Assembly: GCA_964567575.1 (NCBI GenBank)
Contig: CAZMMZ010000007.1
Span: 2,090 to 66,089 of the forward strand
Source: Candidatus Undinarchaeota archaeon
GTDB lineage: Archaea; Undinarchaeota; Undinarchaeia; Undinarchaeales; UBA543
Direction: 5' to 3'
Length of the DNA stretch: 64,000 bases
Under the pieces are notes generated by a model. That model was not told the DNA's origin and did not search any database. It saw only the letters and a program-made list of their open reading frames with translations. The position numbers and the translations under genes were made by a program. Shown in pieces: positions 20,095-30,146 of the stretch (within the stretch, counting starts at the first letter, position 1; each line of letters begins with the position of its first letter).

Positions 20095-20961
20095 CTAAAT
20101 TAAAATATTCATAAGCCAGAATGTTATATCCCCAAAGAACACACTTACCAAAATTGTTATTGGGAACACTGGAATCATTGGGATTCCCCATTTAACAACA
20201 ATCTTTTTCCTAATCCTTCCTTCTTTTGCAAGCTTTCTACATTTCCTCAACACGTTCAAATCAAATCCATTTGGATCTTTTGTGCCTTGCAAAATCTTAT
20301 CTCTATATTTCACATTCTTCACAGGCACATCAAATTCAACAACATCTTTCCAAGCCCGCGTTCGAACCAAACAAATTTTCTCAACACTTTTCATGTAACG
20401 CATTACAAGCCATAGTATTGAAAAGATTGGGAACAAGATGAATAAGGAATCATAGAACGTGCCAATACATCCTGCAAGGAAAACAATAATTGCGATTTTT
20501 TTCTCATGGTGTCTCATTGAGTTTTGAATATCAGCGTAAACTTTTTTGTTTCCAATTGAAATCACAAAACCATAACCCATCGAATAAATTGCTGTGATTA
20601 AAAGGAAATTAATGAACAATGTTAATCCAAATGGCCAACCTCCTTTGAAAGCAGGACTGAAGGGTCCAATCAGACTCCCAAAGCCAATTCCAAATGCTGT
20701 GAGGATTTTCAAATCCGCGCCACCCCATTGCCTGGAAAAGAACATCATAAATCCAAAGATTAAAAACAATCCTCCTGTCACAAAAGAGTAAACAAGCGTC
20801 ATCTGGTTTCGAGTTATGAAGTAATATATTAATCTAAAAAGAACCATTGATGCAATTAAAGAATATGATAACCAATTCGGAACTTCGCGAATTTTAATAT
20901 CTGTGTAACTACCGTAAATTGTTGCAGCTATTGCAACCACAAGGATTATTATTCCAATCAT
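20095..20961 (-). CDS. A24-family prepilin/preflagellin peptidase
   Basis: 288 aa. The two catalytic Asp contexts are YTDIKIREVPN and WGGADLKILTAFG. Confidence 0.75.
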   Translation of the reverse strand: MIGIIILVVAIAATIYGSYTDIKIREVPNWLSYSLIASMVLFRLIYYFITRNQMTLVYSFVTGGLFLIFGFMMFFSRQWGGADLKILTAFGIGFGSLIGPFSPAFKGGWPFGLTLFINFLLITAIYSMGYGFVISIGNKKVYADIQNSMRHHEKKIAIIVFLAGCIGTFYDSLFILFPIFSILWLVMRYMKSVEKICLVRTRAWKDVVEFDVPVKNVKYRDKILQGTKDPNGFDLNVLRKCRKLAKEGRIRKKIVVKWGIPMIPVFPITILVSVFFGDITFWLMNILI

Positions 20962-21014
20962 TAAATCACTTTAACATCTAACTCTTTTTATACTTAATCA
21001 ACTAACCACTTTTA

Positions 21015-21830
21015 ATGAAAGTTGAAATCTCAACCAATCACTGGCTTCGACCTAAGCAAACTCCTGCTGACATTGCAGTTGAGAAAGCAGTCCAGTTAGG
21101 TTTCAAACACATTCAAATTGGGACTCCACATTTCACTGGTGATTTGGACAGAATTGTTGAGCTTCGCAAAAAACACAAACTCACTTATTCTGTTCACTCT
21201 CCGTTCTTCGCAGAGAAAGGTTTCATTGCAACTCCTTCTTACAAAGATTCAAAAAATCTTGATAGGAGCAGAAAAATTTACATGGAATCTTTAAAGAATT
21301 CACATTTTGTTGGCGCAAAGAAAATGGTGATTCACGCATCAGAACCTCACCATCACGAAGGTGTGCCGCAGCTTATCGAATCTCTTGACATTCTTGCACC
21401 AAAAGCAGAGGAACTTGGAATTACATTATGTTTGGAAAATAAATTTCAACCATCAGAAGTTGGATACACTGAGCACGATCTTTGGGGGGTTTTGAAAACA
21501 GTTGAGCATCCTAATGTGAAAATGTGTTTTGACACAGCGCACGCAGCGGCGGCGCTTGGTTCAATTACACAAATGCTTGACTTCCTAAAAGACATGGCAC
21601 CATTCATTGCTGATGTTCATTTAGTTCCAGTCAGCACTTACAAGAGAACTGATGTTCACATGGCTCCTGATCCAGATGAATATTATTATGATAACGTCGT
21701 CAAGATTTTGAAAGATGCGAAATACAAAGGCGATTTAACTTTTGAATCTGTTTACGATACTGACCAGCATATTTTGAAAGGAATGAAATACATTCAGGGC
21801 TTATTAAAGAAATACGGAGTAGACAAATGA
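21015..21830 (+). CDS. Sugar phosphate isomerase/epimerase (xylose isomerase-like TIM barrel)
   Basis: 271 aa. LCLEN .. FDTAHA pattern of the AP-endonuclease-2/TIM-barrel family. Confidence 0.7.
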   Translation: MKVEISTNHWLRPKQTPADIAVEKAVQLGFKHIQIGTPHFTGDLDRIVELRKKHKLTYSVHSPFFAEKGFIATPSYKDSKNLDRSRKIYMESLKNSHFVGAKKMVIHASEPHHHEGVPQLIESLDILAPKAEELGITLCLENKFQPSEVGYTEHDLWGVLKTVEHPNVKMCFDTAHAAAALGSITQMLDFLKDMAPFIADVHLVPVSTYKRTDVHMAPDPDEYYYDNVVKILKDAKYKGDLTFESVYDTDQHILKGMKYIQGLLKKYGVDK

Positions 21831-22684
21831 GGGGCTATACTTCTGTTGTATTGGGTTCTATCTGTTTTGCATTTATTGGGATATTCACAAACTTGGTCGG
21901 CACTTCAGTGCATCCATTAACACTCAGTTTTTATCGAGTTTTTTTCGGAGTTATCTTTCTTGGGATTATTATGTTTCGTCTTGAACCAAAATTTCTTAAA
22001 GTAAAAATGAAAGACTTGAAACATTATATTGTTGTTGGATTTATCATGGCCATTGCTATTGGTTTTTTTGTTTCTGCATTCTTTTTCACCCCAATTGCAA
22101 ATGTGGTTCTTCTGGATTATTTGTATCCTGTTTTTATAATCCCCCTTTCAGTATTTTTCCTTAAAGAAAAAATTACAAGAAACGAAACTTTTGCTCTTCT
22201 CCTTGCTCTTCTGGCAGTTTTTATAATAAATCCACTTTCTTCTGGTTACATGTTTGGTAATATGCTTGCAGTACTTGGTGCTGTTTTTATGGCAATTTTA
22301 ATGGTTTATATGCGCTTTGAAGATCGCACACATTCTATTGGTTCTGTGTTTTGGTTTCTACTTTTCGCTACTGTTTTTTTGTCACCAGCTCCAATAATTT
22401 TCGGTCTTGGTAATTTTCTCCCTAAAATTCACTGGATTATTCTACTTGGTGTAGTATCAACTGGTCTTGCATATATTTTCATAAATTATGCTCTTGAAAA
22501 ATTAAATGCTGAAAGGGTTGCTGTTATTGATCTTACTCTTGTTCCACTATTTGCAATTATTATGGGTACTCTTTTTATCAAACAAATTCCAAGTTTAAAT
22601 GTTATTGTCGCTGGTGTTATTCTTATTGGTAGTTCTCTTATTATTAAAAAACATAAACATCACAGAATTTTAAAAAAAGGTTAA
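21827..22684 (+). CDS. EamA/DMT-family transporter (second copy)
   Basis: 285 aa, 10 predicted TM segments, two EamA-like halves. 4-nt overlap with the upstream gene. Confidence 0.7.
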   Translation: MRGYTSVVLGSICFAFIGIFTNLVGTSVHPLTLSFYRVFFGVIFLGIIMFRLEPKFLKVKMKDLKHYIVVGFIMAIAIGFFVSAFFFTPIANVVLLDYLYPVFIIPLSVFFLKEKITRNETFALLLALLAVFIINPLSSGYMFGNMLAVLGAVFMAILMVYMRFEDRTHSIGSVFWFLLFATVFLSPAPIIFGLGNFLPKIHWIILLGVVSTGLAYIFINYALEKLNAERVAVIDLTLVPLFAIIMGTLFIKQIPSLNVIVAGVILIGSSLIIKKHKHHRILKKG

Positions 22685-23184
22685 ACTACATTTCCGCCTT
22701 GATACCGACCATCATATTCTTTTCCCGCACTAGACATTCTTGAGAAAATTATTTGTCCAACTCGTGCTCCGCGTTGAAGTTTAAATGGATGCTCTCCGAA
22801 ATTCCTTAAACCGAAAGTGAGTGTGCCATTATAACCCGGATCAATCAATGCAGTAAGTAATCCCACTCCACTTCGTTGCAAAGTGCTACGGTGTCGCATC
22901 CAAGCTGCAATATCTGTTGGCATATTGACTTTCTCCATAGTTTCAATAAGAATGTATTCACTTGGTTTTACTGTAATCCAATCATCAGCAAGTTCTTCAA
23001 TTACTGGAAGCTCCCTTTCTGTAACTCCAAGTTTTGCCGGACTTTTGATTCTGTAATAACGTCCAACTCGCAAATCAACTCCGGCTCCACCAATATTTTT
23101 ATCTTCGTGATTCTCTAGAAGTGATTTCTCTTGCACTAGTTTTTTTATTTCTTCATTGGATAAAATCATTTTGTTTTCAATCAT
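22681..23184 (-). CDS. dcd: dCTP deaminase / dUTPase-fold protein
   Basis: 167 aa. GAGVDLRVG .. LIDPGYNGTLTFGLRN .. RVGQIIF. Confidence 0.75.
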   Translation of the reverse strand: MIENKMILSNEEIKKLVQEKSLLENHEDKNIGGAGVDLRVGRYYRIKSPAKLGVTERELPVIEELADDWITVKPSEYILIETMEKVNMPTDIAAWMRHRSTLQRSGVGLLTALIDPGYNGTLTFGLRNFGEHPFKLQRGARVGQIIFSRMSSAGKEYDGRYQGGNVV

Positions 23185-23635
23185 CTCCTAATACATTAAC
23201 TTCATTTTTATTTAACTTTCTTATAGAATCATTTTGAGAAAGGTCTCTTTCCATTATCGCTATCACTACTTTTTGTAATCCCCTTCCAACCCAACAAAAG
23301 TGATGTTTATAATTTTTATTCCAAGCCAGTAATGCACAATTTATAATACCTTTTGTAATAACCAGATAAGGGCCAAAAGTATGAAATATTAAGTCAGAAT
23401 ATCTTGTGCGAATTGCTCTTACTAATTTTAGAAGCCAAGTTTGATCATATCCTCCAAGAGCACAAACCTCATCAACCAGTCTTTGTTCGTCTATCTTCAT
23501 TTTTTTAAAGAAACCCACGCTCATCTTATATTCGATTAAACCAGGTATCTTCCTATTTATGGAAAGTCTTTGGATTTCCTCCTCACGCAAACTCTCATAC
23601 CATTCCACTAACAAATCAAGCTTTTCTCTATTCAT
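23177..23635 (-). CDS. Hypothetical protein
   Basis: 152-aa ORF overlapping both neighbours by 8 nt, which suggests an operon. No family recognised. Confidence 0.5.
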   Translation of the reverse strand: MNREKLDLLVEWYESLREEEIQRLSINRKIPGLIEYKMSVGFFKKMKIDEQRLVDEVCALGGYDQTWLLKLVRAIRTRYSDLIFHTFGPYLVITKGIINCALLAWNKNYKHHFCWVGRGLQKVVIAIMERDLSQNDSIRKLNKNEVNVLGDD

Positions 23636-25019
23636 TCTTCAATAACTCCTCTTCAAACTCAGCAATAAACTTTTCCTCTTTACCTTCTGGGATATTAGCT
23701 CCACATGCAACCATATGTCCGCCCCCAGTTCCTCCAACTGTTGTTGCAGCAGCGCGCATTGAAGTATTCAAATCAATTCCACTTAGAACAAGTAATCGAG
23801 AGCATCTTGCAGAAACTTTAGTTCCGAATGGCGTTCTCGCCATTCCAACCATAGGTTTGTACGGATCAGTTCCATCGCTTCCTAAAGTCATTCCAGTAAT
23901 TGTTCCAATAATTTTTGGACTGATTTCATTTTCAGCGTCAAAATATTGAACATGATTCTTTGGTCCAAGCGTCACACCTTTCTCTTCAGCAAAACCAATA
24001 GACTGCGCGATATTTCTTCTGTGCTTTGTGAGTATTCGCATTAGATCTGCATGATACTTTTCTTTATTTCCTTTTGCAATTTCCAATCCAATCTCTGGTC
24101 TGTCATTTCTTCCTGTTGCATTAAGGCAAGTTGAGAATTCTTGTGCGCCTCGATATTCTGTTTTTGGTTTTTCTTTTTCAAGAGTATATTGTTCACCAAT
24201 AACAATTCCAGGAATATATGAAAGCAATTCCTTTGGAACATCTTGCATAGCTCGATGAATTAATTCATCTGCAAGTGCCCGCTTTTCATCCTCATTCAAA
24301 TCACTTGGAGTTCTCCAAACTCCATTTTCTTTGAAAGGAATATTCAACATATCAAGAAGTCCAATTGCACCAGGTTCGCTATTTGATACACCAGGGACAT
24401 AAGGATCAGTAAAGTATTGCAGTGTTTTGAAAATCGGCCGAGTGTGTCTTCCAAAAAACAACAAATCTTTTTCCATTGACACAACTCCTGCTTCAATTGC
24501 ATCATCTAAAATCTCTGCATTCATCCCTTCAAGTTTCCCCCAGAAATTTTGAATATCTCCAACAGCTCCAACAATTGCAAGATAACTTAAATCAACATTC
24601 TCTGCACTCATTGCAATTGCAAAATGGTATGCAACCCCTGCTCCTGAAATTTCTCGTGAGCCATCCTTTCCAACTAAATGCGGATTAATTTGGGTGAGCT
24701 TGCTCCATGTTTGGCCAAATGGTTTGTGATGATCAAGAATCAGAACATTCTCATTATTGTAATGCTTGTGAAGAAGATCCATTTGTCCAGATCCTAAATC
24801 AGAAAAAATAGTCAAGTCAGCACTTGGTAAGTTTCCAGCATTTTCTTCATGAATTCCTGGTACTGCTAGAATCTCATAATCTTTCCCTACACGTTCAAGG
24901 GTTTGCGAAATAATTCCTCCAGCAGAAAGTCCATCAGCATCCAAATGAGTAATAACCTGTATGCTCTTTGCATTTTGAACAAGTTGTGTCGCTTCCCCAA
25001 GCTGTTTCTTCATAAACAT
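23628..25019 (-). CDS. RecJ-like DHH-family nuclease (archaeal GAN/Cdc45-like)
   Basis: 463 aa. ITHLDADGLSAGG, FSDLGSG, ILDHHKP (DHH), and C-terminal GGGHMVACG (DHHA1). Confidence 0.85.
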   Translation of the reverse strand: MFMKKQLGEATQLVQNAKSIQVITHLDADGLSAGGIISQTLERVGKDYEILAVPGIHEENAGNLPSADLTIFSDLGSGQMDLLHKHYNNENVLILDHHKPFGQTWSKLTQINPHLVGKDGSREISGAGVAYHFAIAMSAENVDLSYLAIVGAVGDIQNFWGKLEGMNAEILDDAIEAGVVSMEKDLLFFGRHTRPIFKTLQYFTDPYVPGVSNSEPGAIGLLDMLNIPFKENGVWRTPSDLNEDEKRALADELIHRAMQDVPKELLSYIPGIVIGEQYTLEKEKPKTEYRGAQEFSTCLNATGRNDRPEIGLEIAKGNKEKYHADLMRILTKHRRNIAQSIGFAEEKGVTLGPKNHVQYFDAENEISPKIIGTITGMTLGSDGTDPYKPMVGMARTPFGTKVSARCSRLLVLSGIDLNTSMRAAATTVGGTGGGHMVACGANIPEGKEEKFIAEFEEELLKNE

Positions 25020-25071
25020 TTTTGTAAATTGTTATCTCACTCCTTATTATAATTTTCTTAACTCTAGAACC

Positions 25072-25731
25072 TTATTTCTTTTTCCGATTAACCAGCGCAA
25101 CCCCACCAATTGCCAACATAACTGCAATTATTATCAATTTATATGATGTTGGGAAATGTGGCAGTGGCTTGAACAATCCCATTGCCCAATCCTCAAGCGC
25201 ATATACATACATCAAGTTTGTCAAATAAGCAAGAAGTAGTGATATGATTCCAAGCCGAACTTCTTCAAAAAATTCTCCTGTTGTTACAAATAAGGTCATA
25301 ATCCCATGACTTACAAAAAGAATTGCAGTGTATGCATATAATGTCCAAAGCAAATTCTGATTAAACACATTGAAATAGAAAATCGATGACAAACCAACTG
25401 CTATGAAGGTACTTATCCCAGCGAATATAGAGAAAGTTGGTTTCCACATTCTACTATAAAGTGGCATTATCCAACAGTGAATTGCTCCAAGCAATCCTCC
25501 TATAATACCACCAAAATGTATTGCTATCAAAACAAGGAAAAATTCCGATATGTTTATTTCATTCAGATTGATATTAATGAAACCAGGTATTTCACTCCAC
25601 ATTGAAATCAACATAATCCAGAAAACAAATGATAATGATTTGTTGAAAATTCCTGTTAACAGTCCAAGACAAACATAAACAACACTCCCATAAAATATTC
25701 TATCCCATGAGACAATTCCCTTCTCAGACAT
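25072..25731 (-). CDS. Multi-TM membrane protein (member P4 of a putative paralogous family)
   Basis: 219 aa, about 6 TM segments. Shares an xNEI..-x10-HFGG pattern with ORFs 30854-31423, 54535-55071 and 59833-60507. Confidence 0.55.
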   Translation of the reverse strand: MSEKGIVSWDRIFYGSVVYVCLGLLTGIFNKSLSFVFWIMLISMWSEIPGFININLNEINISEFFLVLIAIHFGGIIGGLLGAIHCWIMPLYSRMWKPTFSIFAGISTFIAVGLSSIFYFNVFNQNLLWTLYAYTAILFVSHGIMTLFVTTGEFFEEVRLGIISLLLAYLTNLMYVYALEDWAMGLFKPLPHFPTSYKLIIIAVMLAIGGVALVNRKKK

Positions 25732-25811
25732 AAGTTCTAGTAATATCTAGTACTTTAACAATTTTTCCGTTATCAAAAATTTTATTAATAGCAAGCTACA
25801 CGCATATTCCT

Positions 25812-26291
25812 ATGGCAATCGGATTATTCATTGGCAGGTTCCAGCCGTTTCATAATGGGCATTTGCATGTAGTAAAGCAAATGGTTAGTGAATGTTCTGA
25901 AATAATTATTGGAATTGGCTCAGCCAATTGCGAGCGCTCAGCAAAAAATCCATTCATAACTTCAGAACGTGAAGAAATGATTGAGCAAGTTTTAAATGAA
26001 GCAGGAATTGAAAATTATAATATTGTTTCTATAGAAGATCAAGAGACGCACAAGGATTGGGTTAAGGAAGTTAAGGACAAGGCATCTCCGTTTGATGTTG
26101 TTTATGTTTCAGGAGATAATATTCGATTAGATTTTATCAAAGCATGTGGGTTTAATGTAAAAATTGTTGATTTTGTTGATGGAATATCTGCAACAAAAGT
26201 TCGAGAGCTAATAAAGAACAACGAGCCATGGGAACAACTTGTTCCACCAGCAGTTGCTAATTACGCTCCTTCAAAACCTATTCTTTCTTAG
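25812..26291 (+). CDS. Nicotinamide-nucleotide adenylyltransferase (archaeal)
   Basis: 159 aa. GLFIGRFQPFHNGHL, and ISATKVR near the C-terminus. Confidence 0.9.
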   Translation: MAIGLFIGRFQPFHNGHLHVVKQMVSECSEIIIGIGSANCERSAKNPFITSEREEMIEQVLNEAGIENYNIVSIEDQETHKDWVKEVKDKASPFDVVYVSGDNIRLDFIKACGFNVKIVDFVDGISATKVRELIKNNEPWEQLVPPAVANYAPSKPILS

Positions 26292-26334
26292 ACAAAACTT
26301 TTTATACCTCAAAGACTATCCTTCTAATTGAGAG

Positions 26335-26901
26335 GTGGTTGATATGACAAATTCGAAATTACCAGTTAGAGATGTAATGGTTTCCCCAGTGATTACCATT
26401 GATGTTAATGAAAATGTAAAAAATGCAGCTACTATCATGCTAAAAAATGGTATTGGTGGTCTTGTTATTCTTGAGGATTCAGTTCCTGTAGGGATTATAA
26501 CTGAGCGAGATTTTGTTGGTCTTCTTGCGAAAAAAGAAAATCCTGCTGAGATTCCTATCAAGAGTGTGATGAGTAAGAAACTCATAACCATCTCCCCAAA
26601 TGAAGGTGTTCTTGATGCTGCTCAACTAATTGTAAAATCCGGCAAAAGAAAAATTCCAGTTATGGAAAACGACAAGCTTATTGGAATCATAACTGCAGAT
26701 GATATTGTCAGAGCTGCTCCAGGTGAAATTGAAACGCTACGCGAACTTACAAAAATAAAAAGTGAAGATATATTGTTCAACGAAGACGCTTCAACAGAAG
26801 GCGAGTGCGAGTCTTGTGGGAATTATGCAAAAACTCTCATCCAAGCCGGTGACCAATATGTTTGCGAAGAATGCAGAAGGGCATTAGAAGACGGGTCTTA
26901 A
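26335..26901 (+). CDS. CBS-pair protein with C-terminal zinc ribbon
   Basis: 188 aa. Two CBS motifs (GIGGLVILED.., KIPVMENDKLIGIIT) and CESCGN..CEEC. ATG 26344 is a likely alternative start. Confidence 0.75.
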   Translation: MVDMTNSKLPVRDVMVSPVITIDVNENVKNAATIMLKNGIGGLVILEDSVPVGIITERDFVGLLAKKENPAEIPIKSVMSKKLITISPNEGVLDAAQLIVKSGKRKIPVMENDKLIGIITADDIVRAAPGEIETLRELTKIKSEDILFNEDASTEGECESCGNYAKTLIQAGDQYVCEECRRALEDGS

Positions 26902-27051
26902 CCCCTAAAAACACCTACTACGCAAACCTTTTATACTCAAATTAAGCCATTATTATATGCTTTTATAGCCCGGTGCGAGGGTTACTCAGTGGAGTACGAC
27001 CTTGTCAATCTGTGAATCTGGGTGTTAGTACCGGTGCTTAAGAGCATTTCC

Positions 27052-27327
27052 ATGAAAATTACAGTCATTGCCAAACCAAACGCAGCTTCTCAAAAAGCTG
27101 AGGTTGTTGGCGATCACAAAATCAAGGTTTGGATAAAATCCAAGCCAATCAATGGAAAAGCAAACACGGAAATCATTCAGTTCCTGAAAAAACTCCTACG
27201 GAGCAAAACAGGAACAACTCACAAAATCGACATCATCCAAGGCACTACGTCAGCATCAAAAGTTGTTGAAGCGACGTGCACTTGGTCACAAATCAGGACA
27301 GCTTTAGAAGCTGTATCACAAAAGTAA
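27052..27327 (+). CDS. DUF167 (YggU/UPF0235) family protein
   Basis: MKITVIAKPNAASQKAEVVGDHKIKVWIKSKPINGKANTEIIQFLKKLL matches the DUF167 pattern. The track start at 27022 is an upstream TTG/GTG-type extension. Confidence 0.7.
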   Translation: MKITVIAKPNAASQKAEVVGDHKIKVWIKSKPINGKANTEIIQFLKKLLRSKTGTTHKIDIIQGTTSASKVVEATCTWSQIRTALEAVSQK

Positions 27328-27419
27328 AAACATACTCACAAACTGCAATAGTTTGAAAGACTTGTTTATTAAACAAGTTAGTGTAATGTCGATTTCTAAG
27401 TGATTTCCCGGAGGAAAAA

Positions 27420-28814
27420 ATGGGAAAAATTGGTATATCTGCCACAAAATACATAGTTAAAGCAAAAATAGAAACAACTGGAGTTGTTGAAAAACCAGAT
27501 GCTATCGGTGCGATTTTCGGCCAGACAGAAGGTTTGTTAGGCCGGGATTTAGAGCTCAGAGAACTTCAAAAGAGCGGACGCATCGGAAGAATCGAAGTTA
27601 AGGTTTCTTCAGCGAACGGAAAAAGCACAGGAACTATTGAAATTCCAACATCTCTAAGTAAAGAAGACACTGCTCTTATTGCAGCAGCACTTGAGACAAT
27701 CGAGCGGATTGGTCCATGCGATTCAAAAATTGAAATTATAGAAATCGAAGATGTAAGAACTGCAAAACGTGATTATGTTGTTGACCGTGCAAAATCTCTT
27801 CTTGAGAGACTTGGTCAGAAAACTCCTGGTACTGATGAATTGAGTTCTCAGATTAAAACTGATATTCGAGCCGGAGAATTAAAAGATTACGGCCCTGCAA
27901 AACTCGCAGGTGGTCCTAACATTGAAGCTAGCAAGGATTTGATTTTAGTTGAAGGTCGTGCTGATGTTATTAACATGCTAAAAATGAATATTCCAAATAT
28001 TCTTAGTGTTGGCGGAACAAATATTCCCGCTTCAATAAAGGATCTTTGTGCTGGAAAAGAAATCACAGTTTTCCTTGATGGAGACCGTGGTGGAGATCTT
28101 ATTCTAAAGAGCTTGATGCAATTTGTCAAAGTTGAATATGTTGCTCGTGCTCCTATGGGAATGGAAGTTGAAGAGCTTTCTCAAAAAGATTTAATTAAAG
28201 CACTTCGAAATAAAACAACAATTGAATCTGTTTTAAGAGGCCAACAAATTCGATCAGCTTCTCGTGCTCCACGCTATGAGAAGAAAACATATGATCGAAG
28301 GTCCACGCCACGCGGAAGAAGTGATAGGGATACTCGACCACGAAGAGATTCAAGATCTTCTCCCCGAGCGCGAACAGCTATTGTTCCACCAGAACTTACA
28401 TCAGGCACTGTAGAATTCAAAACTGATTTCAAAGTTCTTGGTAAAATCGCTTCAGGGATGGCAGGCAGTGGAACTGTTTGTATTCTGAAGAAATCTGGAA
28501 ATAGTTATCGTGAAATGGGTAAAGTTCCAAAAGCAGAGATTGCAAGTGTTATGCGAAATCTTCAGCAAGGCACAGCCCAAGCGATGATTGTCGATTCTGC
28601 TCTTGACCAGTCTTTAATTAATCTTGCAGTTAGCAAGGGAATTAAAATTTTGCTTGGTCATAATAAACCATACGGTTTGAAGAGAAGCGCTGGTATCAAT
28701 GTTCTTGCAGTAAAGGATATTGTTGATTCTACAGCTAAAAAAGCAAAGATTCCACCAGCACCAGCTCCTCCAAAACCTAAAAAGGTTGAGACAAAAAAAG
28801 AGGTGAAAAAATAA
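27420..28814 (+). CDS. dnaG: Archaeal DnaG primase (TOPRIM)
   Basis: 464 aa. N-terminal AIGAIFGQTEGLLG, TOPRIM LILVEGRADV..FLDGDRGGDLI, and an Arg/Ser-rich linker. Confidence 0.9.
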   Translation: MGKIGISATKYIVKAKIETTGVVEKPDAIGAIFGQTEGLLGRDLELRELQKSGRIGRIEVKVSSANGKSTGTIEIPTSLSKEDTALIAAALETIERIGPCDSKIEIIEIEDVRTAKRDYVVDRAKSLLERLGQKTPGTDELSSQIKTDIRAGELKDYGPAKLAGGPNIEASKDLILVEGRADVINMLKMNIPNILSVGGTNIPASIKDLCAGKEITVFLDGDRGGDLILKSLMQFVKVEYVARAPMGMEVEELSQKDLIKALRNKTTIESVLRGQQIRSASRAPRYEKKTYDRRSTPRGRSDRDTRPRRDSRSSPRARTAIVPPELTSGTVEFKTDFKVLGKIASGMAGSGTVCILKKSGNSYREMGKVPKAEIASVMRNLQQGTAQAMIVDSALDQSLINLAVSKGIKILLGHNKPYGLKRSAGINVLAVKDIVDSTAKKAKIPPAPAPPKPKKVETKKEVKK

Positions 28815-29155
28815 TGTTACCTGGAATGAATTTAAACCCAAAAAAGATGCAGAAAATGATGCAACAACTTGGTATGAGTGTCGATGATATCGATGCTTCT
28901 GAAGTTATCATTAAGAAAACTGATGGTTCTGAAATCCGAATTCAGAGCCCACAGGTTTCTAAGATGAATGTTCAGGGAAAAGAAATGTACCAAGTTTCTG
29001 GAAATGCTTCTGAAGGAGAAGCAGTTGAAACTAGTCCTGAAGATGTTGAAATGATTACATCTCAGACTGGTGTTTCAGAGGAAGATGCTAAAGCTGCACT
29101 TCAAGCAGCTAGCGGAGACCTTGCAAAAGCGATTCTAAATCTGCAAGAAGAATAA
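28814..29155 (+). CDS. nac: Nascent polypeptide-associated complex protein (NAC + UBA)
   Basis: 113 aa. NPKKMQKMMQQLGM, a NAC beta-barrel, and C-terminal EEDAKAALQAASGDLAKAI (UBA). Confidence 0.9.
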   Translation: MLPGMNLNPKKMQKMMQQLGMSVDDIDASEVIIKKTDGSEIRIQSPQVSKMNVQGKEMYQVSGNASEGEAVETSPEDVEMITSQTGVSEEDAKAALQAASGDLAKAILNLQEE

Positions 29156-29554
29156 TTACAAATTTTTGTAATGATCTACATCCCACATAGGGTGGACTCT
29201 AGTTTCTGGTTCAACAGGAGTTAGTTCAAGATTTTTCAAATACTCAACTTGCACTTCTTTCCCATGTCGTAGTTTTTCCAATTCTTTCTCCTGCTTATCT
29301 AGGAGTTTATTCATTGCTCTTTTCTGAGTCATTCCATGATACTCGCGAGGCTTTGCATAGTTGTATGTTACAAATCCTTTGTCTTCCAGACTTTTCAAAA
29401 CCTGGTAGATTTTTGTCTGCCGTATTCCTCCGTATTTGCAGATTTCTTTTGCTGTGGTTTCTCGCTTGCAGAACAGTACAATCATAACTCGTGATTGGTA
29501 TTCTGTAAGGCCAAGATTTTTGAGGTAGTTTACCATTTCTCTCATTTTAATCAC
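29156..29554 (-). CDS. TrmB-like winged-helix transcription regulator
   Basis: 132 aa. LGLTEYQSRVMIVLF..TAKEICKYGGIRQTKIYQVLKSLEDKGFV. Track start is GTG; internal ATGs lie 3 and 6 codons in. Confidence 0.7.
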   Translation of the reverse strand: MIKMREMVNYLKNLGLTEYQSRVMIVLFCKRETTAKEICKYGGIRQTKIYQVLKSLEDKGFVTYNYAKPREYHGMTQKRAMNKLLDKQEKELEKLRHGKEVQVEYLKNLELTPVEPETRVHPMWDVDHYKNL

Positions 29555-29778
29555 AGTACCTTATTTGTGCCGGGCAATTACTTAATACTTCACTGGGAAA
29601 ACACCGGGAAAACCAGTTCGCATGGTATTGGTTTTATTTTAGGCGTTTGCGTGAGTAAAAGGGGGTTTATATATTTTACTAATCAAAACCGGCACCTAGC
29701 GTTATAGATATACTTATATATGCTTAGAGCGTAGTGCTTTTAATTATATTTTACAATTCCAATGGAGGTGGATAAAAA

Positions 29779-30087
29779 ATGGCAAAGAAAAAAAGATCAC
29801 GAACAAAAAAGACATACGTTTTGAGGAACAAATCTGGTGACCTAGAACGCGTTTTCACCGGTTCATCCCCAAGACAAGCAGCACTTAAGGCAGCTACACG
29901 AGGCGTTACTGACATTAAACTCAGACAACGTGGCCGAAGAAACGCAGATGGAACTTATTCCATTCACGTTTTCAAAGGTTCAAAGAAGATCGTTAATGCA
30001 CCTGAGAACAGACCAGACTGGTTACCTGCTAAAGTCAAAAAACCTTTCGTGAGCAAAGTTCGCGTTGAGCGAATCAACAAGATCTAA
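29779..30087 (+). CDS. Chromosomal protein MC1
   Basis: 102 aa, basic. VLRNKSGDLERVFTGSSPRQAALKAATRG resembles the MC1 family N-terminus as I recall it. A strong GGAGGTGG Shine-Dalgarno sequence precedes the ATG. Confidence 0.75.
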   Translation: MAKKKRSRTKKTYVLRNKSGDLERVFTGSSPRQAALKAATRGVTDIKLRQRGRRNADGTYSIHVFKGSKKIVNAPENRPDWLPAKVKKPFVSKVRVERINKI

Positions 30088-30146
30088 GACTTACGAATGT
30101 GCTAGCACATTTACTGGGCGCTGCTGTAAAAAGCGCGACCCGCTCT

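Noticed and set aside
26316-26591. 91-aa minus-strand ORF
   Set aside because: It is antisense to the CBS-domain gene, whose motifs are clear.
27360-27378. AT-rich palindrome ACTTGTTTA-T-TAAACAAGT upstream of dnaG
   Set aside because: It is a single occurrence, and 9-bp AT-rich dyads are expected by chance a few times in 64 kb of this composition. Nothing else supports a function.
29567-29695. Long-range inverted repeat GTGCCGG..CCGGCAC and tandem GGGAAAAC x2 in the TrmB-like/MC1 divergent intergenic region
   Set aside because: It could mark an ncRNA or an operator. However, there are only 7 bp of pairing across 115 nt, two promoters must already fit here, and I see no second copy or covariation to support a structure.
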